Part shown: piece by piece, positions 1-9,905 of the stretch
Numbering within the stretch: position 1 is the first letter of the stretch
How the letters are laid out: every line of letters starts with the position of its first letter
Source: Alphaproteobacteria bacterium
GTDB taxonomy: Bacteria > Pseudomonadota > Alphaproteobacteria > UBA8366 > JADFVY01
Assembly: GCA_041602815.1 (NCBI GenBank)
Contig: JBFIFO010000002.1
Location: forward strand, 1 to 58,832
Direction of reading: 5' to 3'
DNA: 58,832 bases
The notes under the pieces: generated by a model
What the model was told of the DNA's origin: nothing
The model's database searches: none
Seen by the model: only the letters and a program-made list of their open reading frames with translations
Translations under genes and position numbers: made by a program

Positions 1-38
1 CCGTTGCCAGACGTCCCGTCCCGTGCCACCTTTCCCCC

Positions 39-938
39 ATGAAGCGGCCCAACACCTATGCCGCCGGCGGCATCGACCGGGCGGCCCATCTGCGCTCCGA
101 CGCCGCCTGGGTCAAGGCGCGGCTCGCCGACCCGGCGACGCGGCTCGTGCCGGTCTGGCGCGCGCGCAACCTCGTCGACCTGAACGGCGCGCCGACGCCG
201 CTTCTGCTGCCGCCGGAGCCCGGGCTGATCGCCGAGGCGCAGGCGACGGCGCTGCTCGGCCTCGTCGACGGGACCGCCCATTTCGCGATCGACCTGTCGC
301 ACCGCGACGAGGACGCGGCCGCGGCGCTCGGCCGCTTCGAGGATCTGCGCAGCGTCGGCCCGCTACTCGCCCACGGCGACGGCGCGCTGCTCGCCTACGC
401 GCGCGGCATGATGCACTGGCACCGGGCGCACCGGTTCTGCGGCCGCTGCGGGCATGAAACGGTGGCACAGGAGGCCGGCCACGTGCGCCACTGCGGCAAC
501 GCGGACTGCGCCGCCCCCGCCTTCCCGCGCACCGACCCCGCCGTCATCATGCTGATCCACCATGGCGACCGCGTGCTGCTCGGCCGCCAGAAGGTCTGGC
601 CCCAGGGCATGCACTCGGTGCTCGCCGGCTTCGTCGAGCCGGGCGAGAGCCTGGAGGACGCGGTGGCGCGCGAGGTGTTCGAGGAGGTCGGGATCGCGAT
701 CGACGAGATCCGGTACCACTCCTCGCAGCCCTGGCCGTTCCCGGCCTCGATCATGCTCGGCTTCTACGGACGGGCGCGGACGGCGGCGCTGACGATCAAC
801 ACAGACGAGCTGGAATCGGCCCGCTGGTACCACCGCGACGAGCTCCTGGCCTCGCCCGAGGACCGGGTGTTCCGCCTGCCGCGGCGCGACTCGATCTCGT
901 ACCGGCTGATCCGCGACTGGCTCGACGCGGCGGGGTGA
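39..938 (+). CDS. nudC: NADH pyrophosphatase (Nudix hydrolase with zinc ribbon)
   Basis: 299-aa ORF. A Cys4 ribbon (CGRCGHET...HCGNADC) is followed by the Nudix box GFVEPGESLEDAVAREVFEEVGI, which is the NudC architecture. Confidence 0.8.
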   Translation: MKRPNTYAAGGIDRAAHLRSDAAWVKARLADPATRLVPVWRARNLVDLNGAPTPLLLPPEPGLIAEAQATALLGLVDGTAHFAIDLSHRDEDAAAALGRFEDLRSVGPLLAHGDGALLAYARGMMHWHRAHRFCGRCGHETVAQEAGHVRHCGNADCAAPAFPRTDPAVIMLIHHGDRVLLGRQKVWPQGMHSVLAGFVEPGESLEDAVAREVFEEVGIAIDEIRYHSSQPWPFPASIMLGFYGRARTAALTINTDELESARWYHRDELLASPEDRVFRLPRRDSISYRLIRDWLDAAG

Positions 939-963
939 GGGCGGTTCGCAGCGGCTCGCCGCG

Positions 964-1839
964 CTACTTGTAGCGCGCCGGGTCGGCCGGGTAGACGCCG
1001 AGGATCTTGACCCGGCGCGAGAAGAAGCTGAGCTCCTCGAGCGCGAGGCGCACCGGCGTGTGGTCCGGATGGCCCTCGACGTCGGCGTAGAACTGCGTCG
1101 CGTTGAAGTCGCCGCCGAGCATGTAGGATTCCAGCTTGGTCATGTTGACGCCGTTTGTCGCGAAGCCGCCCATAGCCTTGTACAGCGCCGCCGGCACGTT
1201 GCGCACCTGGAACACGAAGGAGGTGATGACCGGCCCGTCATTGGCCGGCGGGTCGATCGGCTCGCGCTGCATGACGACGAAGCGGGTGGTGTTGTGCTCC
1301 GCGTCCTCGATGTCGTCGGCGAGGACCTCCAGCCCGTAGATCTCGCCGGCGAGGCGCGAGGCGATCGCCGCCTGGGTCGCGTCGCCCTGCTCGGCGACGA
1401 ATTGCGCGGCGCCGGCGGTGTCGGCATAGACCTCCGGCGCGAGGCCGTGCTGGCGCAGGAAATTGCGGCACTGCGATAGCGCCTGCTCATGGCTCAGTAC
1501 CCGCTTCAGCGCGTCGACCCGGGCGCCCTGCAGCGCCAGCAGCTTGTGGTTCACGCGCTGGAAGTGCTCGCCGACGATGTGCAGGCCCGATTCCGGCAAC
1601 AGGTGATGGATATCGGCGACCCGCCCCGCCACCGAGTTCTCGATCGGGATCATCGCCTGCCCCGCCGTGCCGTCCCGCACCGCCGCGAAAACGTCCTCGA
1701 ACGACGCGCAGGGCATCGTCTTGAGCTCGGGAAACACGGCCCGGCAGGCCATGTCGGAATAGGCGCCGGGGTGGCCCTGGAACGCGATGGTCCTGTCCTG
1801 CTCGGCGGATTTGCCGCTGGTCCGTGGTTTCGTGGTCAT
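964..1839 (-). CDS. pheA: prephenate dehydratase
   Basis: 291-aa ORF with IAFQGHPGAYSDMA and IPIENSVAGRV motifs and a C-terminal ACT-like segment (TSFVFQVRNVPAALYKAMGGFA). Confidence 0.9.
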   Translation of the reverse strand: MTTKPRTSGKSAEQDRTIAFQGHPGAYSDMACRAVFPELKTMPCASFEDVFAAVRDGTAGQAMIPIENSVAGRVADIHHLLPESGLHIVGEHFQRVNHKLLALQGARVDALKRVLSHEQALSQCRNFLRQHGLAPEVYADTAGAAQFVAEQGDATQAAIASRLAGEIYGLEVLADDIEDAEHNTTRFVVMQREPIDPPANDGPVITSFVFQVRNVPAALYKAMGGFATNGVNMTKLESYMLGGDFNATQFYADVEGHPDHTPVRLALEELSFFSRRVKILGVYPADPARYK

Positions 1840-1853
1840 GCCGGAATCTTCCG

Positions 1854-2600
1854 TCAGCGCGGCGCCAGCAGTTCGCGGGCGCGGTCGAGATCGGCCGGAG
1901 TATCGACACCGAGCGGGATGGTGTCAACGAGCGCAACGTCGATGCGCATGCCCGCCTCCAACGCCCGCAGCTGTTCCAGGCGTTCGCGTTTCTCGAGGAT
2001 GCCGGGCGGCAGCGCAACGAAGCGCGCCAGAGCTGCGCGCCGGAAGGCATACAGGCCGATATGGTGGTACAGCGGCCCGTCGCCCCACGGTGCCGTCGCC
2101 CGCGTGAAATAGAGCGCGCGGCCGACCGTCTGGCCGGGGGCGAGGCCGGCGACGGCCTTGACGACGTTCGGGTTGTCGCGCTCCTCGGCACGGGTGATCT
2201 CGGCGACCAGCGTTCCGATGTCGACCGCTTCGTCAGCGAGCGGCGCGAGGGCCGCCCGCACCGCATCGGGTGCGATCGTCGGGAGATCGCCCTGCAGGTT
2301 GACGACGGCATCGTGCATGCCCCCCGGGTCAAACGCCTCGATCGCGCGATACACCCGGTCCGAGCCGGATGGCAGGGCCGGGTCGGTCAGCACGGCGGTG
2401 CCGCCGGCGCCCCGCACCGCGTCGGCCACGATCTCCTCGGCGGCGGCCACCAGGACCGGGCCGATCGCCGCCTCCACCGCGCGCCGCCAGACGTGCACGA
2501 TCATCGGCTCGCCGTGGATGTCGGCCAAGGGCTTGTCGCGCAGTCGCGTGGCGGCGAGCCGCGCGGGGATAACGACGACGGGATTCGAGGGACGGCTCAT
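1854..2600 (-). CDS. kdsB: 3-deoxy-manno-octulosonate cytidylyltransferase (CMP-KDO synthetase)
   Basis: The ORF runs to 2723, but family similarity starts at [28 protein letters not shown] (ATG at 2598..2600). It sits 15 nt upstream of pheA on the same strand. Confidence 0.88.
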   Translation of the reverse strand: MSRPSNPVVVIPARLAATRLRDKPLADIHGEPMIVHVWRRAVEAAIGPVLVAAAEEIVADAVRGAGGTAVLTDPALPSGSDRVYRAIEAFDPGGMHDAVVNLQGDLPTIAPDAVRAALAPLADEAVDIGTLVAEITRAEERDNPNVVKAVAGLAPGQTVGRALYFTRATAPWGDGPLYHHIGLYAFRRAALARFVALPPGILEKRERLEQLRALEAGMRIDVALVDTIPLGVDTPADLDRARELLAPR

Positions 2601-2701
2601 GATTCGACGGCGGCTCGGCAGGTTGGTGTGGACGGCGGTTGATTTCCGGCGGCCCAGAGAATATACCGCCAGCGCCACCGCGAGAAGGCCGAACGGGGAA
2701 C

Positions 2702-3280
2702 ATGGGCATGACCAAGGATCCACTCTTTCTAACGAAGCTGGCGGGGGCGGTTCTGGTCGCCGCCTGGATCATCGTTGGCGCGACGCTGGCATCGTGGTTG
2801 CTGTACCAGCCGCAACAGCTTGAGGAGCCGGCGTACCCGCTGCTCGATACCGAGGTCGTCGACCAGCGTCCCGTTGCCCTGGAAATGCCGCCGGCCGGGA
2901 GCGAAGCTCCGGCCGAGGCGGGCGGCGACGATCTCGCCGCGCTGCTGGCCGCGGCGGATCCGGCGGCCGGCCAGAAGCAGGCGCGCAAATGCGTGGCCTG
3001 CCACGGCTTCGATGCCGACGGCGGGCACAAGATCGGACCCAATCTGTGGGATGTCGTCGGCCGTGCGATCGGCGCCGCCGACGGGTACCGGTACTCGGCA
3101 GCGCTGGCCGAGCACGGCGGCGTGTGGGGCTATGAGGAGCTCGATGCCTTTCTCATCTCGCCCAAGAGTTTTGTCGAGGGCACCAAGATGGCCTTCGCCG
3201 GCATCAAGGACGCGGCCGACCGGGCTAACCTGATCGCCTACCTTCGCGGTCTCAGCGACAGCCCCAAGCCGCTGCCCTGA
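2702..3280 (+). CDS. membrane-anchored class I cytochrome c
   Basis: N-terminal TM helix ([22 protein letters not shown]), an Ala/Pro linker, then the heme motif CVACH with [10 protein letters not shown] and a distal Met (GTKMAFAG). Start taken at ATG 2702 within ORF 2639..3280. Confidence 0.8.
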   Translation: MGMTKDPLFLTKLAGAVLVAAWIIVGATLASWLLYQPQQLEEPAYPLLDTEVVDQRPVALEMPPAGSEAPAEAGGDDLAALLAAADPAAGQKQARKCVACHGFDADGGHKIGPNLWDVVGRAIGAADGYRYSAALAEHGGVWGYEELDAFLISPKSFVEGTKMAFAGIKDAADRANLIAYLRGLSDSPKPLP

Positions 3281-3310
3281 CCGGACGGGGCAGACGAGCC
3301 GCGAACCGCG

Positions 3311-4096
3311 ATGGCCGATACCTGCCCGCCCGAATGCGTAGCGCTGGCCGGGCAACTGGCCGACGCAGCCGGCGACGTGCTGCGGCACTACTTCCGCAAG
3401 CCGCTCGACATCGCCGACAAGGCGGACGAGAGCCCGGTGACCGCCGCCGACCGTGAAGCCGAGGCGCGCATGCGGGAGATCATCGCGACGGCGTTCCCGG
3501 CACACGGCGTCGTCGGCTAGGAGCACGGCCCGGACCGCACCGACGCCGAGTTCGTCTGGATTCTGGACCCGGTCGACGGCACCAAGGCGTTCATCAGCGG
3601 CGTGCCCGTATTCGGCACGCTGATCGCGTTGCTACACGAGGGGCGGCCGGTGCTGGGCGTGATCGATCAGCCGGTGTCCGGCGAGCGCTGGCTCGGCGCG
3701 GCGGGACAGCCGACCACGCTGAACGGCGCTGCGGTGAGCGTTGCCCCCCGCGGCAAGCTACCGGATGCGGTCCTGTGGTCGACCTCGCCCCACATGTTCG
3801 ACGGCGATCCCGCAGAGGCCGCGGCCTATGCCCGGCTTCGCGCGGCGGTGAAGTTCGTGCATTACGGTGGCGAGTGCTATCAGTATGGCCTGCTCGCCTG
3901 CGGATTCATCGACCTCGTCGTCGAGGCCGACATGCGCCCGTATGACTACTGTGCGCTTGTCCCGGTGGTCGAGGGTGCGGGCGGTCGCATAACCGATTGG
4001 CAGGGCGGTGTGCTGGGCATGGATTCGGATGGCCGCGTGCTGGCCGCGGCCAGCGCGCAGCTGCACGAAGCAGCGCAGCGCATTCTGGGGTTTTGA
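3311..4096 (+). pseudogene. hisN: inositol-monophosphatase-fold phosphatase (HisN/SuhB type) interrupted by one in-frame TAG at 3518..3520
   Basis: ORFs 3311..3520 and 3602..4096 are in the same frame. Reading across gives FPAHGVVG-TAG-EHG...WILDPVDGTKAFISG, so TAG sits where the family has the first Glu of G-E-E. The rest of the frame is intact. The hisN assignment (versus a generic IMPase) is tentative. Confidence 0.75.
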
Positions 4097-4182
4097 GAAT
4101 AGGCGGGAGCGATTGCCCGAAGCCCGGGCATGGTGGCATGATGTCAACCGCCGCATCGCGGCACGGGCCAGGAGTTTGCTGA

Positions 4183-4683
4183 ATGGCGGCTGACCAGAGC
4201 AAGGCGTCGCAGAAACAGGACGGCGGACGCGTATTCCTTGTCGTTGTGGATCAGAGCGAGGAAATGCGGGTCGCCCTGCATTTCGCGGCGCGCCGGGCGA
4301 TGCGCACCGGCGGCAGGGTCGCCCTGCTGTTCGTCCAGGAGCCGGCTGAATTTCAGCACTGGATGGCGGTCGGCGACCTCATGCGGGAGGAAGCGCGCGA
4401 GGAGGCCGAGGCCCTCATGCAGCGGCTTTCGGCAGAAGTCAGGGAATGGTCGGGGACCTATCCCGTCGTCCACATGCGCGAAGGGGACGTGCGCGAGGAA
4501 TTGCTGAAGCTGCTCGAGGAAGAGCCGTCGATCTCGATCCTGGTGCTGGCCGCAAGCACCGAATCCGGCGCTCCGGGGCCGCTGATCAGCTACATCGTCG
4601 GCAAGGGCTCTGGATCGCTGCGGGTCCCGGTGACGATCGTGCCCGGCTCGCTAACCGACGAGGAGATCATCGCCATCACCTGA
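4183..4683 (+). CDS. universal stress protein family protein
   Basis: 166-aa ORF with a Usp-like pattern: VFLVVVDQSEE ... ILVLAAS ... VGKGSGSLRVPVTIVP. Confidence 0.7.
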   Translation: MAADQSKASQKQDGGRVFLVVVDQSEEMRVALHFAARRAMRTGGRVALLFVQEPAEFQHWMAVGDLMREEAREEAEALMQRLSAEVREWSGTYPVVHMREGDVREELLKLLEEEPSISILVLAASTESGAPGPLISYIVGKGSGSLRVPVTIVPGSLTDEEIIAIT

Positions 4684-4786
4684 GCAGGGAGGCGCAAATC
4701 CCGCGATGAGGTAAGGGTTGATTTTCGCGGCCCGGCGGACAATCTTCTCCTCCACGTAACACGCCGAACCGGCAGGAGACACTTGC

Positions 4787-5344
4787 ATGTTCATCCAGAC
4801 CGAACAGACGCCGAACCCGGCCACTCTCAAGTTCATCCCCGGCAAGACCGTCCTCGCCGAGGGCACCGCGGATTTCCGTAGCCCCGACCAGGCCGCGGGA
4901 AAGTCGCCCCTGGCCGAACGCCTGTTCGGCATCGACGACGTCGAGGGCGTCTTCCTGGGCCCGGACTTCATCGCCGTGACCAAGGGCGATTCGGCGGAGT
5001 GGTATCTGCTGAAGCCGGCGATCCTCGGCGTGATCATGGAACATTTCACGGCCGGCCAGCCGGTCCTGACCGACGGCGCCGCCATCGAGGTGGACGAGAA
5101 GGTCGACGACGAGAACGCCGAGATCGTCTCGCAGATCAAGGAACTCCTTGACACGCGGGTGCGTCCCGCGGTTGCCCAGGATGGCGGCGATATCGTCTTT
5201 CATGCCTTCCAGCAGGGCGTCGTCTACTTGCATATGCGCGGGGCCTGCTCCGGATGTCCCAGCTCCACCGCGACCCTGAAGATGGGTATCGAAAATATGC
5301 TCCGGCACTACATCCCTGAGGTCACGGAAGTCCGCGCCGTCTAG
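4787..5344 (+). CDS. NifU/Nfu-type Fe-S cluster assembly scaffold
   Basis: Nfu N-terminal domain (MFIQTEQTPNPATLKF) plus a NifU C-terminal domain with CxxC (GACSGCPSS). Confidence 0.85.
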   Translation: MFIQTEQTPNPATLKFIPGKTVLAEGTADFRSPDQAAGKSPLAERLFGIDDVEGVFLGPDFIAVTKGDSAEWYLLKPAILGVIMEHFTAGQPVLTDGAAIEVDEKVDDENAEIVSQIKELLDTRVRPAVAQDGGDIVFHAFQQGVVYLHMRGACSGCPSSTATLKMGIENMLRHYIPEVTEVRAV

Positions 5345-5381
5345 TACGGGCGGCGCTGGTGCTGCGGCCGACGCTGCGGGC

Positions 5382-6404
5382 GTGACGGTCATCGACAAGG
5401 ACGAAACGGCGGGCGTGTGCGATGGCGCGCCGCTGCACTGCCGTATCCGCGCCTGGCTGGGCCTGGGCGCCGGCGTCGTCGGCGTGCTGCTGCTGGTCGT
5501 GATCGAGCTGACCGCCGAGCTTGCCGGGCGGCCGCCCGGCATTCGCTACACCCCGCCTATGCGCCCAGGCGACGGCGCCGTCGCCGTCAATCCGCCGGTC
5601 ACATTCATCGTCCACCCGACGGTTGCCGGCCTGCAGGAAGCATTCGACAGGGCGGAATACGACCTCGAAGAGACCCGTAGCGGGGAGGCGCCGGTACCGC
5701 GCCTCCGCCTGGTCATGTTGCCGCGAGACCTGCCTGAAGTGCCGGATATCGACCGACGCAAGACCGTCTTCCTGTCGCTATTGCTGCCGCTGGTGCTCGA
5801 GGCCAATGCCCATGTCGCGATCGAGCGCCGGCGATTGCGCGCGGCGATCGAAAAGCGGGCGGCGGGGCAGAAGCTTCCCCAGGACCTCAGGGAATGGCTC
5901 GCCAAGCTGGCCAAACGGTACAAGGGGTCGCCGAACCGGCCGGAGGATTTGCTGCTGCGCGTCGACACGGTGCCGCCGTCGCTGGTCCTCGCCCAGGCGG
6001 CAGCCGAGAGCGGCTGGGGCACGTCGCGCTTCGCCATCCAGGGCAACGCCATCTTCGGCCAGTGGACGACGGCTGGGGGCCGCGGGCTGGTGCCGCTGCA
6101 GCGGCCCGAAGGCAAGACCTACAAGGTTCGGTCCTTCGATCGTCTGATCGATTCGGTCAACGCTTATCTCCTGAATCTGAACACGCACCGGTCGTACCGC
6201 AATTTTCGCAGGACACGGGCGGAGATGCGCCGGGCCGGCAATCCGCTGGACGGCGCGAAGCTGGCCGAAGAGCTTCGCCACTATTCCGAGACGGGGGACG
6301 ACTACGTCGAACTGTTGCAGGGGATCATCCGCAAGAACCGGCTTTCGCCGCTGGACCGGGCGAACCTCGGCGACACGCTGATCGAGCTTGCGCGAGGCGT
6401 CTGA
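5382..6404 (+). CDS. glucosaminidase-domain (Bax-like) protein
   Basis: N-terminal TM segment, then AQAAAESGWGTSRFAIQGNAIFGQW, typical of the mannosyl-glycoprotein endo-beta-N-acetylglucosaminidase/Bax family. GTG start is uncertain. Confidence 0.7.
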   Translation: MTVIDKDETAGVCDGAPLHCRIRAWLGLGAGVVGVLLLVVIELTAELAGRPPGIRYTPPMRPGDGAVAVNPPVTFIVHPTVAGLQEAFDRAEYDLEETRSGEAPVPRLRLVMLPRDLPEVPDIDRRKTVFLSLLLPLVLEANAHVAIERRRLRAAIEKRAAGQKLPQDLREWLAKLAKRYKGSPNRPEDLLLRVDTVPPSLVLAQAAAESGWGTSRFAIQGNAIFGQWTTAGGRGLVPLQRPEGKTYKVRSFDRLIDSVNAYLLNLNTHRSYRNFRRTRAEMRRAGNPLDGAKLAEELRHYSETGDDYVELLQGIIRKNRLSPLDRANLGDTLIELARGV

Positions 6405-6410
6405 AGGTAC

Positions 6411-7472
6411 CTATCCGCCGGCCGAATAATACTGCATTCCGAACCAGCGGAACCGCTTGCCCCCGGTGGGCATCGTGCAGTTGATCCGCCAGGCCCCGGC
6501 GGGCGGCGGCTGTTGCAGCTTCGCTTCGAAGCGGCGTTCCGCAGTCTTTGTCACTTCAAGCTGTCCGAATGTGGAATGGAAGCACGTGATACCCCGAATG
6601 CGCCCGAGCGCAGGGTCCACGGTAAAGCCGAACCTGCCTGTCTCGGTTGCGGTGACCAGCGGATCGGGGGGCACGACGTCGACCACCGGCAAGGCCAGGG
6701 TGTTGATCCGCAAATTGAACGATTTCTCGTCGGCGTAGTTCTCGACGATCGGAAAGCGTGGCAGATGCATGACATCGTTGCGCGGATTGATTGGCCCGGA
6801 GTGATACCCGAAGGCGGCGTGAATACCGGCATCGGCCAGTGCTCGTCCAACGGCCAGGCTCATTTCGCCGTTCGGATAGGAAAACAGCCGCGGGCGTTCG
6901 CCGATCTCCGCCTCGAAGCTGGCAAAAGCCCGTTGCAGGTCGGCCCGGAACGCGTCGGCATCATCCCGCGATGCGCGCACGTAGCCAGCGGTATGGATGC
7001 CGAGCGACACGCCGGCCCGGTGAAGCTCGCGGATCTGGTCCCAGGTCATGTAGGCGGGCAACCCCTGGTCCACCGGATCCGTGGTGACGAACAGCGTAAA
7101 CGGCAACCCCGCCGCCTTCAGCCGCGGCCACGCCTCTTCGTAGACCGACCGGAAGGCGCCATCGACGGTGATGCCGATCGTGCGGTTCGGCAGCTTTGCC
7201 CCGGTCTGGATGGCCGAGAGGATATCCGGCAGCGGCATGACGGTGTAGCGGCCGTTGGTCAGTTCCTTTATGTGGGCCTCGAATTGCCGGATCCGAACGC
7301 GGTTGTCCGGGTTGGTACCCTGGCCGAAGCGCTGGTAGGCGAGCAGCACCGCCGATTCGCCGGCGCCGGACTGGGCCTGCGCGGAACCGGACGGTATCCC
7401 CCCAGCAAGCGTCATGGCGATCGTCAGAGCCGTAGCGGCCGCGGCCACGCGATATCGGCGAAAAACAGGCAT
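6411..7472 (-). CDS. polysaccharide deacetylase family protein (NodB fold, active-site motifs degenerate)
   Basis: Signal peptide and a NodB-like core (GITVDGAFRSVYEEAWPRLKAAGLPFTLFV). Paralogous to the next gene, but it has DG instead of DD and HTAGY instead of HTASH. Confidence 0.82.
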   Translation of the reverse strand: MPVFRRYRVAAAATALTIAMTLAGGIPSGSAQAQSGAGESAVLLAYQRFGQGTNPDNRVRIRQFEAHIKELTNGRYTVMPLPDILSAIQTGAKLPNRTIGITVDGAFRSVYEEAWPRLKAAGLPFTLFVTTDPVDQGLPAYMTWDQIRELHRAGVSLGIHTAGYVRASRDDADAFRADLQRAFASFEAEIGERPRLFSYPNGEMSLAVGRALADAGIHAAFGYHSGPINPRNDVMHLPRFPIVENYADEKSFNLRINTLALPVVDVVPPDPLVTATETGRFGFTVDPALGRIRGITCFHSTFGQLEVTKTAERRFEAKLQQPPPAGAWRINCTMPTGGKRFRWFGMQYYSAGG

Positions 7473-7558
7473 CGGAAATGTCCCGGGCTGGTTATGTCGC
7501 GGCCATCATACGAGCCGGAAGGTTGACAGTTGGTTTCCGGACGCCATCCGTGTCGCCT

Positions 7559-8596
7559 TCAGTCCGTCGGGACGTAGAACTGCGTTCCATACCAGTACCA
7601 GCGCCCGTCCGCCGCTCGTTTCGTGCAGTTCAGACGCGTGCGCCCGCGCTCCAGCGGCGACGGGAACCGGATCTCGACACGATGTGCTCCGAGCAATTCG
7701 ACGTCGATGGCCCCGAACTGCGAATGGTAGCAGGCAAGCCCCTGAAGGGAGCCGACCGAGTCGCCGACCGTGAACCCGACGAGTGGCGGATTGCGCCCGC
7801 GTAGGTCCGGGTCGGCGGGGGTCACGTCGGTGACCGGCAGCGCGCGGGTGTCGATCCGCAGCTGGAAATCCGCAAAGTCGCTGTAGGTTTCGTTCAGCGC
7901 AAAGCGCGGCAAATAGAACGGCTGGCTGCTTGCGTGCGCGGCGCCGGAATGCTGGCCAAAGGCGGTGGTGAAACCGAATTCCCGGATCACGTCCCACACG
8001 GCGAGGCTGGCTTCGCCATAGGGATAGGCAAAGAGCGACGGAACCAGACCGAGCTCTTCCTTCAGTCGCCGCAGCGAGCGCGTCATTTCGGCGCGGTTGG
8101 TCTCTGCACTCGCCTCGGTCATGTGGAGGTGGCTTGCGGTGTGGGCGCCAACGTCGTTGCCGGCATCGCGCATCTCGCGGATCTGGTCCCACGTCAGAAA
8201 GCCGGAAAGCCCCTCATCGACGGCATCCGTCGCAACGAACAGGGTGAACGGCAGCCCTGCCGCTTTCAGGCGGGGATACGCCTCGGTGTAGACGGACCGG
8301 TAGGCGTCGTCGATGGTGATGCCGACGGTCCGGTCTGGCAGCGGCCGACCCGACCGCAGCGCGGCGACGATCTCGGCGACCGGCAGCACGTTATACCGGC
8401 CATCCGTCAGCGTACGGATATGGTTCTCGAACTGCGCAATGCGGATGCTGGTCGATGGGAACGCATCTTCGCCGAACCTGTGGTACATCAAGATCACCGC
8501 CGAGTCGGCGGACCACGCCGGGACGGCCGCCATGTGTGCCGACAGGCCGAATGCGCCCGCCGCCAGAACCCGCCGCAAGAGAAATTTAGGTCGCAC
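7559..8596 (-). CDS. polysaccharide deacetylase family protein (NodB fold, canonical motifs)
   Basis: GITIDDAYRS, GAHTASHLH and FAYPYGE motifs. The ORF extends to 8677, but GTG at 8594..8596 is preceded by GGGAG and starts a signal peptide (RPKFLLRRVLAAGAFGLSAHMAAVPAWSA). Confidence 0.85.
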   Translation of the reverse strand: MRPKFLLRRVLAAGAFGLSAHMAAVPAWSADSAVILMYHRFGEDAFPSTSIRIAQFENHIRTLTDGRYNVLPVAEIVAALRSGRPLPDRTVGITIDDAYRSVYTEAYPRLKAAGLPFTLFVATDAVDEGLSGFLTWDQIREMRDAGNDVGAHTASHLHMTEASAETNRAEMTRSLRRLKEELGLVPSLFAYPYGEASLAVWDVIREFGFTTAFGQHSGAAHASSQPFYLPRFALNETYSDFADFQLRIDTRALPVTDVTPADPDLRGRNPPLVGFTVGDSVGSLQGLACYHSQFGAIDVELLGAHRVEIRFPSPLERGRTRLNCTKRAADGRWYWYGTQFYVPTD

Positions 8597-8718
8597 GTGT
8601 CGCTCCCTGGGAAGTTGTCCCGGAGCGTACCGCCCTCCCCGCAGTCTCGCCCGTTTTGCAGGATGTCGGGAAGACACTATGTTATGGGCCGGTTCCGGGC
8701 AACCCTGTGGAAATTAGC

Positions 8719-9414
8719 ATGACCCTGCTTGCGGTCGAATGTGCCACCAACGCTTGCTCCGCCGCGCTGTGGCTCGACGGTGGGCCGGGCCCGCGCCGTT
8801 ATCGCCCGATGCGGCGCGGCCATGCCGAGGCATTGATCCCGATGGTGCAGGCGGTGATGGAGGCGGCCGACCTCGCCTACGCTGATCTGGACGCGGTTGC
8901 CGTGACCACCGGACCCGGCGCTTTTACGGGAATCCGGATCGGCCTGGCCGCGGCGCGTGGCATTGCGCTGGCCGCGGGCCTGCCGCTGATCGGCGTGACC
9001 ACGCTCGAGGCCATCGCCACCGCACAGCAGGGTGGCGACGCCGACCTCCTGGTCGCGCTCGACTCCAAGCGCGATGACATCTATGTCCAACTGTTCGGCC
9101 CGGACGGCGCGCCGCTCACCGCGCCGCGCGCCGTGCTGCCCGACGCTGCCGCCCTGCAAGTGCCGGATGGCCGGGACCTCGTGCTCGCCGGCGACGCCGC
9201 CGACCGCGTGGCTGCGGCGCTGGCCGGGCGCCATCCCCCGCCGCAGCGTCTCGGCGGACCGGACCTCCCCGACGCCGCCATTGTCGCGCGGATCGCGGCC
9301 CGGCGCTTCGCCGACTCGCCGCCACGACCCGATGCGCCGCCGCCTGCCGCGCTTTATCTGCGGCCGCCCGATGCCGTTCCGGTCGCGGCGCGGCGCGCCA
9401 AGCGCCGTCGATGA
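8719..9414 (+). CDS. tsaB: tRNA t6A biosynthesis protein TsaB (YeaZ)
   Basis: MTLLAVECATNACSAALW ... GPGAFTGIRIGLAAARGIALAAGLPLIGV. Start at ATG 8719 within ORF 8656..9414. Confidence 0.85.
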   Translation: MTLLAVECATNACSAALWLDGGPGPRRYRPMRRGHAEALIPMVQAVMEAADLAYADLDAVAVTTGPGAFTGIRIGLAAARGIALAAGLPLIGVTTLEAIATAQQGGDADLLVALDSKRDDIYVQLFGPDGAPLTAPRAVLPDAAALQVPDGRDLVLAGDAADRVAAALAGRHPPPQRLGGPDLPDAAIVARIAARRFADSPPRPDAPPPAALYLRPPDAVPVAARRAKRRR

Positions 9415-9905
9415 CGGGCACAGAGCCACTGCCCGGAGCCGTCCGGATCGTCCCAGCCGGTGCGGCTCACGCCGGGATCATTGCACACCTATCTGAGGTC
9501 GGTGCGGCCGCCTCCTGGTCGGCGAGCGCAGTGGTGCGGATTCTCGCCCTGCCCGGATGTTGGGCCCTGCTCGCCATTGCGCCCGACGGCGAGCCAACCG
9601 GTTTCGTGATGGTGCGGATCGCCGCGGATGAGGCAGAAATCCTCAATCTCGTCGTTGCCGAAGGTGCCCGGCGCAAGGGCATCGGCCGCGCGCTGCTTGA
9701 CGCCGTAACCGCGAGGGCGGGCCGGTGCGGCGTGTCGGCGATGTATCTGGAGGTCGCGACCGCCAACGCGGCGGGCCGCGCGCTGTACGAATCCGTCGGG
9801 TTTCAACAGGTTGGAAACCGGCGGGATTACTACCGGAATGGCGACGGTAACTATACCGATGCCTTAATCATGAAGCGTGCGATTGTAAAATCCGGTACCG
9901 ATTAA
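9411..9905 (+). CDS. rimI: ribosomal-protein-alanine N-acetyltransferase (GNAT)
   Basis: GNAT acetyl-CoA motif (RRKGIGRALL). ATGA overlap with tsaB, which is the conserved tsaB-rimI pairing. Confidence 0.78.
   Translation: MTGTEPLPGAVRIVPAGAAHAGIIAHLSEVGAAASWSASAVVRILALPGCWALLAIAPDGEPTGFVMVRIAADEAEILNLVVAEGARRKGIGRALLDAVTARAGRCGVSAMYLEVATANAAGRALYESVGFQQVGNRRDYYRNGDGNYTDALIMKRAIVKSGTD

Noticed and set aside
3602-4096. The GTG-initiated 164-aa ORF as a stand-alone gene
   Set aside because: It would lack the N-terminal metal-binding motifs (G-E-E, and the DPVDGT stretch immediately upstream at about 3566..3583). It is in frame with 3311..3520, so it is better explained as the distal part of one gene broken by TAG 3518..3520.
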